Positions 1 through 9,312 of a stretch of 15,610 bases of DNA are shown piece by piece (the first letter of the stretch is position 1; every line of letters begins with the position of its first letter). The DNA lies in the NCBI RefSeq assembly GCF_006345805.1, contig NW_021825439.1:1-15610 (forward strand), written 5' to 3'. The translations under genes were made by a program, and so were the position numbers. The stretch comes from Octopus sinensis (Eukaryota). The notes under the pieces were generated by a model. The model ran no database searches, was not told where the DNA came from, and was given only the letters and a program-made list of their open reading frames with translations.

Positions 1-186
1 ACCAATCGCAGTCCAACCTACACTAATAACAATCAACTTTTGTTATTCAAATTCAAAATTGCTGACGACTAACATCGTGCTTGAAACTCAAGAGTACCAA
101 GGAATTTGAATCAAACTATTTTGATCCATACATGTAACTCCCAATAAATTGGTTGAATGCCTTTTATTCGTCTGTCCACTCACTCG

Positions 187-187
187 T

Positions 188-231
<44 letters not shown>

Positions 232-238
232 ATATATA
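187..238. repeat. (TA)n microsatellite
   Basis: Direct inspection. Confidence 0.97.
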
Positions 239-335
239 CGGGAAGCTTTATGAAAATAGACAAAAGACGAAGGCAGGTGGAAAACAAACGAACAATTGTA
301 TTAGTATGGCGCTCAGGAAATATAAATAAAACAAG

Positions 336-373
336 TCTTTAACGTTTCGAGCCTACGCTCTTCAACAGAAAGA
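336..373 (-). ncRNA. Minimal type I hammerhead-like motif with variant core CUGUUGA
   Basis: Minus strand reads UCUUU-CUGUUGA-A-GAGC(guag)GCUC-GAA-ACGU-U-AAAGA: 5-bp stem I, 4-bp stem II and a palindromic short stem III. Confidence 0.7.
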
Positions 374-503
374 TACACAGAGAGAAAAAAACACAGAAAG
401 AAGGAGAAAAAAATGCGTGCAGTAGCTAACGAATCAACATGGCGATCTGATTTCGGCCAGAGGTCAAAGATCAAACATGAGAGGCGAGAGCGAAATAAGG
501 GGA

Positions 504-885
504 GATAATAGGGTTGATAATAGGGTTGATAATAGGGTTGAAGGACCAGCTAATAGTGCGTAGGAGGGGTCTGGACGTGTGTATGTATAGGGTTGGTGCA
601 TGTATTAGTATCTATAAGGGTGTGTGTGTGTGTGTATGAGAGAGTATTAGTGCGTAGGATTGGTCTGGACGTGCGTATGTATGGGGTTGGTGTATGTATT
701 AGTATGTATTAGTATGTATTAGTACGTATTAGTATGTATAAGTGTGTGTGTGTGTGTATGAGAGAGTATAAGTGCGTATGAGGGGTCTGGACGTGTGTAT
801 GTATAGGGTTGGTGTAAGTATTAGTATGTATTAGTATGTATTAGTACGTATTAGTATGTATTAGTTGGTGTATGTATTAGTATGG
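504..885. repeat. 12-bp repeat (gataatagggtt x3) followed by a roughly 94-122 bp minisatellite x3 with internal tattagtatg decamers
   Basis: Units start at 554, 648 and 770 (tagtgcgtaggaggggtctggacgtg...). Confidence 0.9.
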
Positions 886-924
886 CACATCATATATGAT
901 GTAATGTGTAAAGTCGTGTGGTGT

Positions 925-1250
925 AGTGAGGAGAAGAGGGGGATGGGGAGAAGGGGGGGGAGAAGGGGAGGGGAAGAAGAGGGGAAGAGGAGAGGATGGG
1001 GGAGAGAGAGGATGGGGAGAATGAAGGGGGAGGGGGAGGAGGGGGGAGGAGGGGGAAGGAGGAAAGAGGGAGAGGGGGAGAGAGAAGGGGAGTGAGGGAG
1101 TGAGGGAGCAGAGGGAAGGAGGGAGGGAGAAAGAGGGAAGAAGGGAAGGGGAGTAGGGGTGAAAGGATGAAGACTGAAGAAGTAGGGGTCGGGGGGGAAA
1201 GGATAGGTGAGGAGGGGGGAGAGGGGGTTAGATTAGGAGGGGGGAGAGTT
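925..1250. repeat. G/A-rich polypurine tract inside the PLE 3' region
   Basis: Almost pure G/A with many GGG+ runs. The overlapping ORFs are low-complexity artefacts. Confidence 0.9.
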
Positions 1251-1637
1251 GAGACCAAATGGCGTATAAGAGCGAAGAGAGAAGATTAATTCCTGTTCAC
1301 GGCGCAAACGGGAATCCGGATGGCCTCTGTGTAAGGACAAACCGAACACAGATAGGTGTTGCAAGGAGTGACGTGTGTGTACATATATATCCCGCTTTAT
1401 TCATCGAAATATTTTCGGCAATTGGTGAGCGCCTTAGTCGTCTCGGTATGGTGGGTACGTCAAAGTTTTCTTATTTTGACCGCAATTAAAGAAATAATTG
1501 TGTGGCTATATTGAAGAATGTTGTCAAAAACATTCCTCTTTTCGTTGAATTCTATTGCTACTATCCCTACAATTTTCCAGATATTTTAGATTTCAATCAA
1601 ATCAATGTTAATATGCCTAACTACCAGCCTCAGTACC

Positions 1638-1870
1638 TATTTCTTTATTGTTCACAAGGAGCTAAATATAGAGGGGACAAACAAGGACAGACAAACGGAT
1701 TAAGTCGATTATATCGATCCCAGTGCGTAACTGGTACTTATTTAATCGACCCCGAAAGGATGAAAGGCAAAGTCGACCTCGGCGGAATTTGAACTCAGAA
1801 CGTAACGGCAGACGAAATACCGCAAAGCATTTCGCCCGGCGTGTTAACGATTCAGCCAGCTCACCACCTT
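1638..1870 (-). mobile_element. tRNA-derived SINE with degenerate 12-bp target-site duplication
   Basis: The minus strand has a tRNA-like head (GAGCTGGCTGAATCGTTAACAC ... B-box GAGTTCAAATTCC), a central gcctttcatcctttcggggtcgat segment and an A-rich tail. Flanks agcctcagtacc (1626-1637) and agcc--aatacc (1872-1881) compare with the single empty site agcctcaatacc (2893-2904). Confidence 0.92.
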
Positions 1871-1979
1871 AAGCCAATACCGTCTCATCTATTATTGTTG
1901 TTTTTGGTGGTCATGGTAGTAATGGTGATAGCAGTATTACTTATCATTATTATCAGTATTACATCTGTCACCGTTACTT

Positions 1980-2080
1980 TTATTACTATTAATATTATTA
2001 TTATTATTATTATTATTATCATTATTATTATTATTATTATTAATAATATTATTATCATCATTATTATTATTATTGTTATT
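1980..2080. repeat. (TTA)n microsatellite, imperfect
   Basis: Direct inspection. Confidence 0.95.
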
Positions 2081-2081
2081 A

Positions 2082-2145
2082 TTTATCAATAGCATTCTTT
2101 TCTCTCGACATCACTTGAGTTGTGTAGTTTGTAGAATTATACACA
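2082..2145 (-). mobile_element. 3' tip of the PLE family D GIY-YIG ORF, cut by the duplication breakpoint
   Basis: About 95% identical to 5880-5951 and homologous to about 6820-6875. Confidence 0.8.
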
Positions 2146-2573
2146 AATGTGCTCTCACGCATCAATATATACAAGTACACAAAACTATATGAACGCTTCT
2201 ACACACCAACTTATAGAACTATATACTTGCACGTGTCGCCACTTCTTACTAACCGCCAACAACCTGACTGACCTCTAGTCTATTTCTTGCCCTCCACGTG
2301 GTGAATTTCCTGTTCACCTTGCGGTATTTTCCAGCTAACTGTTGCCCATATACCAACAATAAAACACGACACTGCATGGCCTTCCTCGACCAATCGCAGT
2401 CCAACCTACACTAATAACAATCAACTTTTGTTATTCAAATTCAAAATTGCTGACGACTAACATCGTGCTTGAAACTCAAGAGTACCAAGGAATTTGAATC
2501 AAACTATTTTGATCCATACATGTAACTCCCAATAAATTGGTTGAATGCCTTTTATTCGTCTGTCCACTCACTC

Positions 2574-2574
<1 letters not shown>

Positions 2575-2647
<73 letters not shown>
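2575..2647. repeat. (TA)n(TG)n compound microsatellite, the empty site of the 239-1372 insertion
   Basis: Its flanks match 1-186 and 1373 onward. Confidence 0.95.
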
Positions 2648-2649
<2 letters not shown>

Positions 2650-3034
2650 ATATATATCCCGCTTTATTCATCGAAATATTTTCGGCAATTGGTGAGCGCC
2701 TTAGTCGTCTCGGTATGGTGTGTACGTCAAGGGTTCCTTATTTTGACCGCAACTAAAGAAATAATTGTGTGGCTATATTGAAGAATGTTGTCAATAACAT
2801 TCCTCTTTTCGTTGAATTCTATTGCTACTATTCCTACAATTTTCCAGATATTTTAGATTTCAATCAAATCAATGTTAGTATGCTTAACTACCAGCCTCAA
2901 TACCGTCTCATCTATTATTTTTGTTTTTGGTGGTCATGGTAGTAATGGTGATAGCAGTATTACTTATCATTATTATCATTATTACATCTGTCACCGTTAC
3001 TTTTATTACTATTATTATTATTATTATTATTATT

Positions 3035-5761
3035 CAGTAGTTTTATTTTTATAGCGTGCTTTCACTTCACTACCGAGCGCAGCTCTGTGTGCCTTGGGTA
3101 TGTGCTGTGATTTGTTGTGATGCTCTGATGGTTATTGTATGGAAAGTGTTCTGCGTAGGATGTGTGCAGTGCCTAGTAGTGCAATTTTCTGTATGTTATA
3201 TGTGTTTGTAAGTCCTGGTGTTTTTGTTATGTATTTGTCTGAATATTTTTTTATCATGCCTAATGCACCTACTATGATAGGAATTGTTTCTGTTTTCAGA
3301 TTCCACATTCTAGTTACCTCTATTTCCAGGTCTTTGTATTTTGAGAGTTTCTCCATTTCTTTTAGAGACACGTTGTCATCTGCCGGTATTGATACATCAA
3401 TTAGGAAGCATTTTTTTCCTTCATGATCTCTGACAACTATATCTGGTCTGTTGGCCTTAATTTCTCTATCTGTGTGTATCGGCATATCCCAGAGTATGGT
3501 TGCTTTCTCGTTTTCTGTGACCTTTTCTGGTGTGTGCCTATACCATCTTTTTTCTGTTGTTATTCCATAATGTTGGCATAGCTTCCAATGTATGTAGGTT
3601 CCAACTCTGTCATGTCTGTGAATATATTCCTTCTTAGCCAGGACTGGGCAGCTAGAGATAATATGATTTATTGTTTCTTGTCCATCTCCACATATTCTGA
3701 AGTTACTTGTAATATTTCTTTTCATTACATGTTTTTGGTAATTTCTGGTGAGGAGGCTTTGGTCTTGTGCTGCAATTAAAAATCCCTCTGTTTCTGCTTT
3801 GAGTCCTGAGCTTCTCAACCATTGCTGGGATTTTTCTTTGTCTATTTCTTCTGCGTTTAGTTTAGTGCAGTATGTACCATGAAGGGGCTTTTCTTGCCAT
3901 CGTTTTATCATGGTTCGTTGCTGTTCTATTTTTAGTTTGGATTTCATTTGTTTTATAGCTTTTGTTGTTTCTTCATCATCTTCTTCTTCTTCTTCGTGTT
4001 TATTAGGTGGTATGATTTCTTGTTTGTATTTGTCAGCTTCCTTAAATACTGAGAACAGTTTTTTGTTTTGCTCGTGTTTTGCTGCTATCTGGATCAGTTT
4101 TCCTTCCTTCTGAAGTCCTATGGTGGTTATTTTATAGTAGTTTTCCAGCTGTATAAGGCCTCTACCACCTTCTATACGTTGTATATATAGTCTTTCTATG
4201 TCAGATTTTGGGTGATGCATCCTAGATCCTGTCAGTATTTTTCTTGGTTTCCTATCTATTTTGTACAGTTCATTTCGTGTCCAGTTAAGGATATTGTAGC
4301 TGTAACTTATAACTGGGACAGCTAAAGTGTTGATACCTATTATCTTGTTTTTAGCATTGAGCTCTGTTTTTAGTATTGATCTAACTCGTCTATAATATTT
4401 TTAAAAATTTTTTCTTTCATTTGTGTGTGTTGTGTCTTATCTAGTTCATGGATTCCTAAGTATTTGTAAGTTTGGCTTTGGTCTAATTCTTTTATTTCAT
4501 TGGTTTTATCTAGTGTGATGTTGTTACTCTTAACTAGTTTTCCTCTTTTCATGGTTACTTTGGCGCATTTTTCTAATCCAAATTTCATATCTATTTCTTT
4601 GGTAAATCCATGAACTGTCTTTAATAGTGTTTCCAGCTGTTTGTCATTTGCAGCGTATAGTTTTAGGTCATCCATATATAAAAGGTGGCTGATAGTTTTG
4701 CCGTAACATTTATATCCGCATCCAGTTCTATTTAGCATATCAGATAGAGGTGACAGTGCCAAGCAGAAAAGGAGTGGAGAGAGCGTGTCTCCCTGGAATA
4801 TTCCTCTTCTAATGGGGATGTCTGGTTTTCATGAGTCCCTCTTTTGTTTGGAGGTGTAGGACTGTTTGCCATTTATTCATAGAGTGCTCTATGAATTTTA
4901 TGATTGTTGGTGCTACTTTGTTAATGGCTAGTGTTTCGAGGATCCATGTGTGGGGGATGCTATCAAACGCCTTTTTGTAGTCAATCCAGGCCATACTGAG
5001 GCCTTTCTTCTTTCTGTGGCTGTCTTCAGTTACGGCTTTATTAATCATTAGTTTATCTTTACAGCCATATGAGCCTTTGCGGCATCCTTTCTGCTCTTCT
5101 GGGAACAGTTTGTTTTCGTCCAGGTGCTTGTTCAGCCTTTGCGATATCACTGCAGTAAATGCCTTGAACATAGTAGGGAGGCAGGTTATTGGTCTGTAGT
5201 TTTCTGGTTTTGCTGTTTCATTTGATTTGGGAATTAAGATGGTTTTCCCCTTCGTGAGCCATTTAGGCATTGTCTCTGGCTCTGCTAGTATGCTGTTGAA
5301 GTTTTCAGCCAGCTTTTTGTGCATTCCTGTTAGATATTTCAACCAGAAGTTGGGGATCTTGTCATGCCCAGGTGCCTTCCAGTTGCTTAGTTTTTGCAGT
5401 GCCTGGGTGACCTCTTCAGTTGTTATGGGGGTCCAAAGTTGTTCAGATGCCGAGTTTGTTATTTTGATACTCCTTTTTTTTGGCTGTTCGTTCGCCGACA
5501 ATATTTCTCTCCAGAATTCTTCCAATTCTTCTGCCGTTGGTGCTGCAGTGACTTCTATTTTATTTTTTCCCAGTTCTTGGCAGAACTTTTTGGGGTTGGA
5601 GTTGAACTTTTTGTTCTGTTCAAAGAAGAGTTGGCGTTTCTCGTACCGGCGGATCCTTTGAGCTTTGGCAAGGATATCTTGCTTCAGCTTTTCTTTTATC
5701 TCCGGCAAATCTTTTTCTGTGATGTTATATTTGCGGAGCATTTTTGTTCTCTTTTTGTTGC

Positions 5762-5762
<1 letters not shown>
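3035..5762 (-). mobile_element. R4/Dong-clade non-LTR retrotransposon, 5'-truncated, flanked by (TAA)n on both sides
   Basis: RT motifs NYRPITCL, DYKKAFDS, QGD-LSP and YMDD; zinc-knuckle region FRICG..ETINHIISSC; restriction-like endonuclease RPDIVV..LIDVSIP..KLSKY; short 3' UTR ending ctactg then (AAT)n. Confidence 0.93.
3132..5762 (-). pseudogene. RT-RLE polyprotein, disrupted
   Basis: ORFs 4809-5855, 4370-4762 and 3132-4220 join across two frameshifts (about 4830 and 4400). The first Cys of the CCHC motif is replaced by Phe. The poly-Ile N-terminus is only the microsatellite. Confidence 0.9.
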
Positions 5763-5810
<48 letters not shown>

Positions 5811-5850
5811 TATTATTAATATTATTATCATCATTATTATTATTATTGTT
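5762..5850. repeat. (TTA)n microsatellite (partner tract at 3003-3034)
   Basis: Direct inspection. Confidence 0.95.
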
Positions 5851-5857
5851 ATCATTG

Positions 5858-6655
5858 TGCATTTAAAACGGATTTGAATTTATCAATAACATTCTTTTCT
5901 CTCGACATCACTTGAGTCGGGTAGTTTGTAGAATTATTCACATTATACACATTTTCTAACCACATGTTGCTAGAATGTTGCTTAAAGGGGTCTGATAGGC
6001 ATCAGGGTCTCTGATTTGTTGTTGGTACTTATGTTGGCGTTCCGATAATTCATTCCAGTCTGACCAACGTATTTCTCTCCACAATTCGGTCATCTGATGC
6101 AATAAATTAAATATCTGCTTTTGCAGTTCCTATTTGCATTGGCAAATATTCTTCGATTACCATTGCATTTGGATACAACGAATGAATCATCATTGTTGTT
6201 GAGCTCTAACTTTGCCTTTGTTAACAAGTGTGTCAAGCTTTCGCCTGTCTTTTACTTAGAATCAAAGCTAGATCCGTGATTCTGTTGTGTCTGGGGAGAG
6301 TCATTTTCTTTTTGTGCCTTATAATGTAACACACGCACTGGTAAAATTTCCACTTATTTCTTATTTTTATTTTCCTAAAAAAAGTTTCGTTGCGTCTTGC
6401 AACCTTTTCAATATTCTTCAAGACAATTGAAAATTTTGCAAGACGCAACGAAAATTTTAGGAAAATAAAAATAAGAAATGATTGGAAATTTTACCGGTGA
6501 GTGTGTTACATTATAAGGCACAAAAAGAAAATAGATCTCCTCAGACACAACACAAATATGCTTCAACACACGAAATCATATAAAGAGTCTTGCAAACCAA
6601 ATCCCAAAACGAAATAGATCCGTGATTATATCCTTTAATTCATTACTTTGAGCAA
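5858..6655 (-). pseudogene. PLE family D linker plus GIY-YIG endonuclease remnant, interrupted by the 6281-6614 insertion
   Basis: The minus strand reads LAQSNELKDIITDLALILSKRQAK / SLTHLLTKAKL..VSKC..CKSRYLIYCIR*PNCGEKYVGQTGMKLSER..QQQIRDP..TCG..YKLPDSSDVERKE, with stops and frameshifts. Confidence 0.82.
6281..6614. mobile_element. 334-bp insertion with a 13-bp direct repeat (tagatccgtgatt at 6268-6280 and 6615-6627), containing a 273-bp fold-back of two PLE-type terminal repeats (family E)
   Basis: Arms 6281-6417 and 6419-6553 are about 85-90% reverse-complementary with almost no spacer. Removing the insertion restores the minus-strand reading frame. Confidence 0.8.
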
Positions 6656-6895
6656 GTTTGCTAGTTTACTGCATCAAATGTCCGAATTGGAAAGGAATAA
6701 ACGTCGGTCAGACTGGGAATGCATTATCGGAACGTTCACATTTGCACCGACAGCAAATAAGGGATCTTGTACGCAACCTTCTGGCTGCGTGTGGTCAGAA
6801 AATGTTTATAATATTCCCATTCTACAAACTACAAAACTCAAGCGAAGTCGAGAGAAAAGAATTTCATTGACAAATTCAAACTCGATTTAAATGAA
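6648..6895 (+). pseudogene. PLE family D GIY-YIG remnant, second copy
   Basis: LVYCIKCPNWKGINVGQTGNALSERSHLHRQQIRD..ACGQKMFIIFPFYKLQNSSEVERKE / FIDKFKLDLNEQ, homologous to 5858-6140 on the opposite strand. Confidence 0.85.
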
Positions 6896-6920
6896 CAATA
6901 ATAATAATAATATAATAATA

Positions 6921-6962
<42 letters not shown>

Positions 6963-6975
6963 TAATAATAATAAT
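6896..6975. repeat. (ATA)n microsatellite
   Basis: Direct inspection. Confidence 0.95.
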
Positions 6976-7535
6976 TCTGGCTAAATGTACTTATTAACAG
7001 GATTGGAGCGCTCACAGACCAGATCTTATCAAATTTATGCATTTTCAGGTCTAACGTAATCAAATATGTACTGACAATTGAAGGTGATTGCCAAGACAAA
7101 GAACTGCCTGGTTCTAAAGAATTTTAACAGTGAGAACATCGGACGAAACATGCTATTTAGATATACAGTTGGTAGCTCAGCTAATAACTGTTGAGAACTG
7201 CATAATCCATGTTTCATTTTACTTTGAGATTTAAAAGTCATACTAAAATTTCATTATTATCTTTAACCCAGACAACGCTGGATATTTCTGTAAGTATGAA
7301 ATATGTGTGACGAGTATTAACTGTTTCTTCTGACTCGAATAATCATTTCAACTTATAAATATTAAACACTTTTCTAGCGAGTGTTGATTGAGGATTAATG
7401 CCAAAATAAGAGGAAGAGACTAAGTTGTGATTTTTATGGTTCGTACATAAAGTGTATTTTAAATTCATTCTATCGTGTGTTGAAGCATTTTCTGTTGTGT
7501 CTACCTTAAGCAACGCAACTTGGATAACGGACAGA

Positions 7536-7666
7536 GTCAACAACTATCGAAAGGGTTGCAAGACGCAACGAAAATGTTAGAGAAATAAATAAGTAAATGG
7601 GTGGAAATTTTACCGGTGATAAATTATAATGCACTAAAAGAGAATGATTCTTCCCAGACACAACAG
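7536..7666 (+). mobile_element. Third copy of the family E terminal repeat (HHR-like motif at 7544-7580)
   Basis: Aligns to 6424-6553 and ends at the same cagacacaacag terminus. Confidence 0.85.
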
Positions 7667-8029
7667 AACATATAAATATATTATTACATCAGTGTCCTAA
7701 CACATAAAAATTACCGTATAGGTAACATTACTTTATTACGTATATAATTATAAAGATATAGTTATAAATAAGGGCTGCTGGACATGACCAGCGCCCATGC
7801 TAGAAGTAGATATCAAATACCTACACTCCACTCGAAAACGTGTTCTCTATATTCATTCACAGGTACGATTATATCTTTATCTGGAGGATAAAAAGTAAAC
7901 ACGGAAAATATGTGTGTGCATTGGTATCTGCAGGTGAACTTACCTGTGAGTGCGTATATTTTTTTCGCTTGTATATTAATGGTATCTTCTACTCGAGATC
8001 GCCGAGCAATATATTGAGTCTGCCCCTGC

Positions 8030-8270
8030 GCATATGTATGTGCGTATGCATGTATATGTATATGAATGCGCACGCATATGCGTGTATGAATACATTTGTG
8101 AAATGCGTGATATCATGCACGTGTATGTACATGTGTATGTATATGAGTATGTATAATATATATATATATATATATATAATATAATATATAGATATATATG
8201 CGTGTGTGTGTATGTGTATGTATGCATATGCGCACATGTACATATACGTATGTGCGCGCATACATATATC
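8030..8270. repeat. Alternating purine-pyrimidine low-complexity tract (TA/TG/CA mix)
   Basis: Direct inspection. Confidence 0.85.
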
Positions 8271-8274
8271 ATTG

Positions 8275-9175
8275 TACCCTTCCTCCTCTGATTCCTACCT
8301 ATTATATACTTCTATTTATAGAAATTTGACATCCTTGAATTCTTCCATCTATTTTAAATTTTACTACTAAAATTACTACTCACTTTGGTATCACCCCAGC
8401 AATAACTTTTCTCCACCCATCCCTTAATAAAGCCCCTACTCACATATCTCCTACTTATTCACTCCTTACCTTCTCATCCCTTCCTATCCACACCTCTCCC
8501 TCTCCACTCCCACTCCACTCACATTATCTTGACCACCACCTAACACTTCTTTCACCTTTTCTTCTCTTTCTTTCCTTTTCTTGTTTCACACTTTTCACTT
8601 TTCTCTTCTCTCTTTTATTATAAATTTTTGTCCTTTTTCTTTTTCTCTCTTCCTCTTATTTTCTCTTCCTGTCGTCTTCATTTTGACCTATCTCCTCATT
8701 CTTATCATACACATTTCTCCCATCCCCATCTATCCGCAAATACTACCACTACGTTCCCAAATTTTCCTTCACACCACAAAAGCCCTTCGAATGGGCAACA
8801 CAGAATCCACGACTCCATATTTAGAAATGACTAATCATAAACTACTATTGGAATTTACATGCCCTGTACAGGTAACATTTTTACTCCTTCTACACACCCC
8901 TTTACACAAATAATGGAAGTGCAACTATAATGTTTTATATTATATTTCTACTTTCATTCTCTTATATTCCTCTATATTCCCTATCTCATCATTTTCCATA
9001 ATAATTCCTTATTTCGAACTCAAACATTCACCTTTATTTAACCATTTCATCGTCTTTGATGAAGGGATATACATAATATACCAGAAACAGCTGTTAGACT
9101 ATATCTATATCTCTTTCCTTATAAATATCATGAAAACTTTTTAAAGCCTTGGCTTTGTTATCTCTTTTTGTCTCT
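8275..9175 (+). mobile_element. Probable PLE 3' region (family B): pyrimidine-rich UTR, HHR motif, ends at (TA)n
   Basis: Same layout as family A read on its sense strand. No convincing ORF, and the left boundary is uncertain. Confidence 0.5.
9052..9099 (+). ncRNA. Degenerate minimal type I hammerhead
   Basis: GUCU-UUGAUGA-A-(imperfect stem II GGGAUAU..AUAUACCA)-GAA-ACAGCUGU-U-AGAC: palindromic stem III and 4-bp stem I. Confidence 0.65.
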
Positions 9176-9235
<60 letters not shown>

Positions 9236-9240
9236 ATATA

Positions 9241-9271
<31 letters not shown>
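9175..9271. repeat. (TA)n microsatellite
   Basis: Direct inspection. Confidence 0.95.
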
Positions 9272-9273
<2 letters not shown>

Positions 9274-9312
9274 GCTTATACAAGGCCGATATTAAACTCC
9301 TCACTCGTATCA

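Larger units (their letters stand above)
239..1372 (-). mobile_element. Penelope-like element, family A, 5'-truncated (GIY-YIG C-terminus, long low-complexity 3' region, HHR-bearing terminal repeat)
   Basis: The minus strand at about 1245-1372 translates to HSLQHLSVFGLSLHRGHPDSRLRREQELIFSLRSYTPFGLNS, matching the GIY-YIG C-terminus at about 12770-12900. It shares the aacgtttcgagcctacgctcttc motif with 12405-12430. The segment is absent from paralogous copy B. Confidence 0.85.
1..2145. repeat. Tandem duplication, copy A (starts before the window)
   Basis: 1-186 is identical to 2389-2574. 1373-1637 and 1872-1990 align to about 2640-3012 at roughly 97%. 2046-2145 aligns to about 5818-5951, including the shared microsatellite imperfection aatattattatcatcattattattattattgttat. 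Confidence 0.92.
2146..5951. repeat. Tandem duplication, copy B (lacks the PLE and SINE of copy A, carries a Dong insertion)
   Basis: Same alignments as copy A. Homology ends at tatacaca (2138-2145 vs 5944-5951). The left boundary is inferred from where copy A ends. Confidence 0.85.

Noticed and set aside
504-541. Telomere-like repeat (contains TAGGG)
   Set aside because: A 12-bp unit with only three copies inside a PLE, not (TTAGGG)n.
554-885. CRISPR-like array
   Set aside because: Eukaryotic context, whole units repeat, and there are no unique spacers.
865-1258. Gly/Glu-rich and Pro/Ser/Leu-rich ORFs
   Set aside because: They are translations of the polypurine tract.
5227-5819. Antisense ORFs over the Dong RT (also 3139-3426)
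   Set aside because: Shadow ORFs with no recognisable motifs.
7105-7162. Possible hammerhead around ggacgaaacatgc
   Set aside because: No stem II, no core in register, and a broken palindrome.
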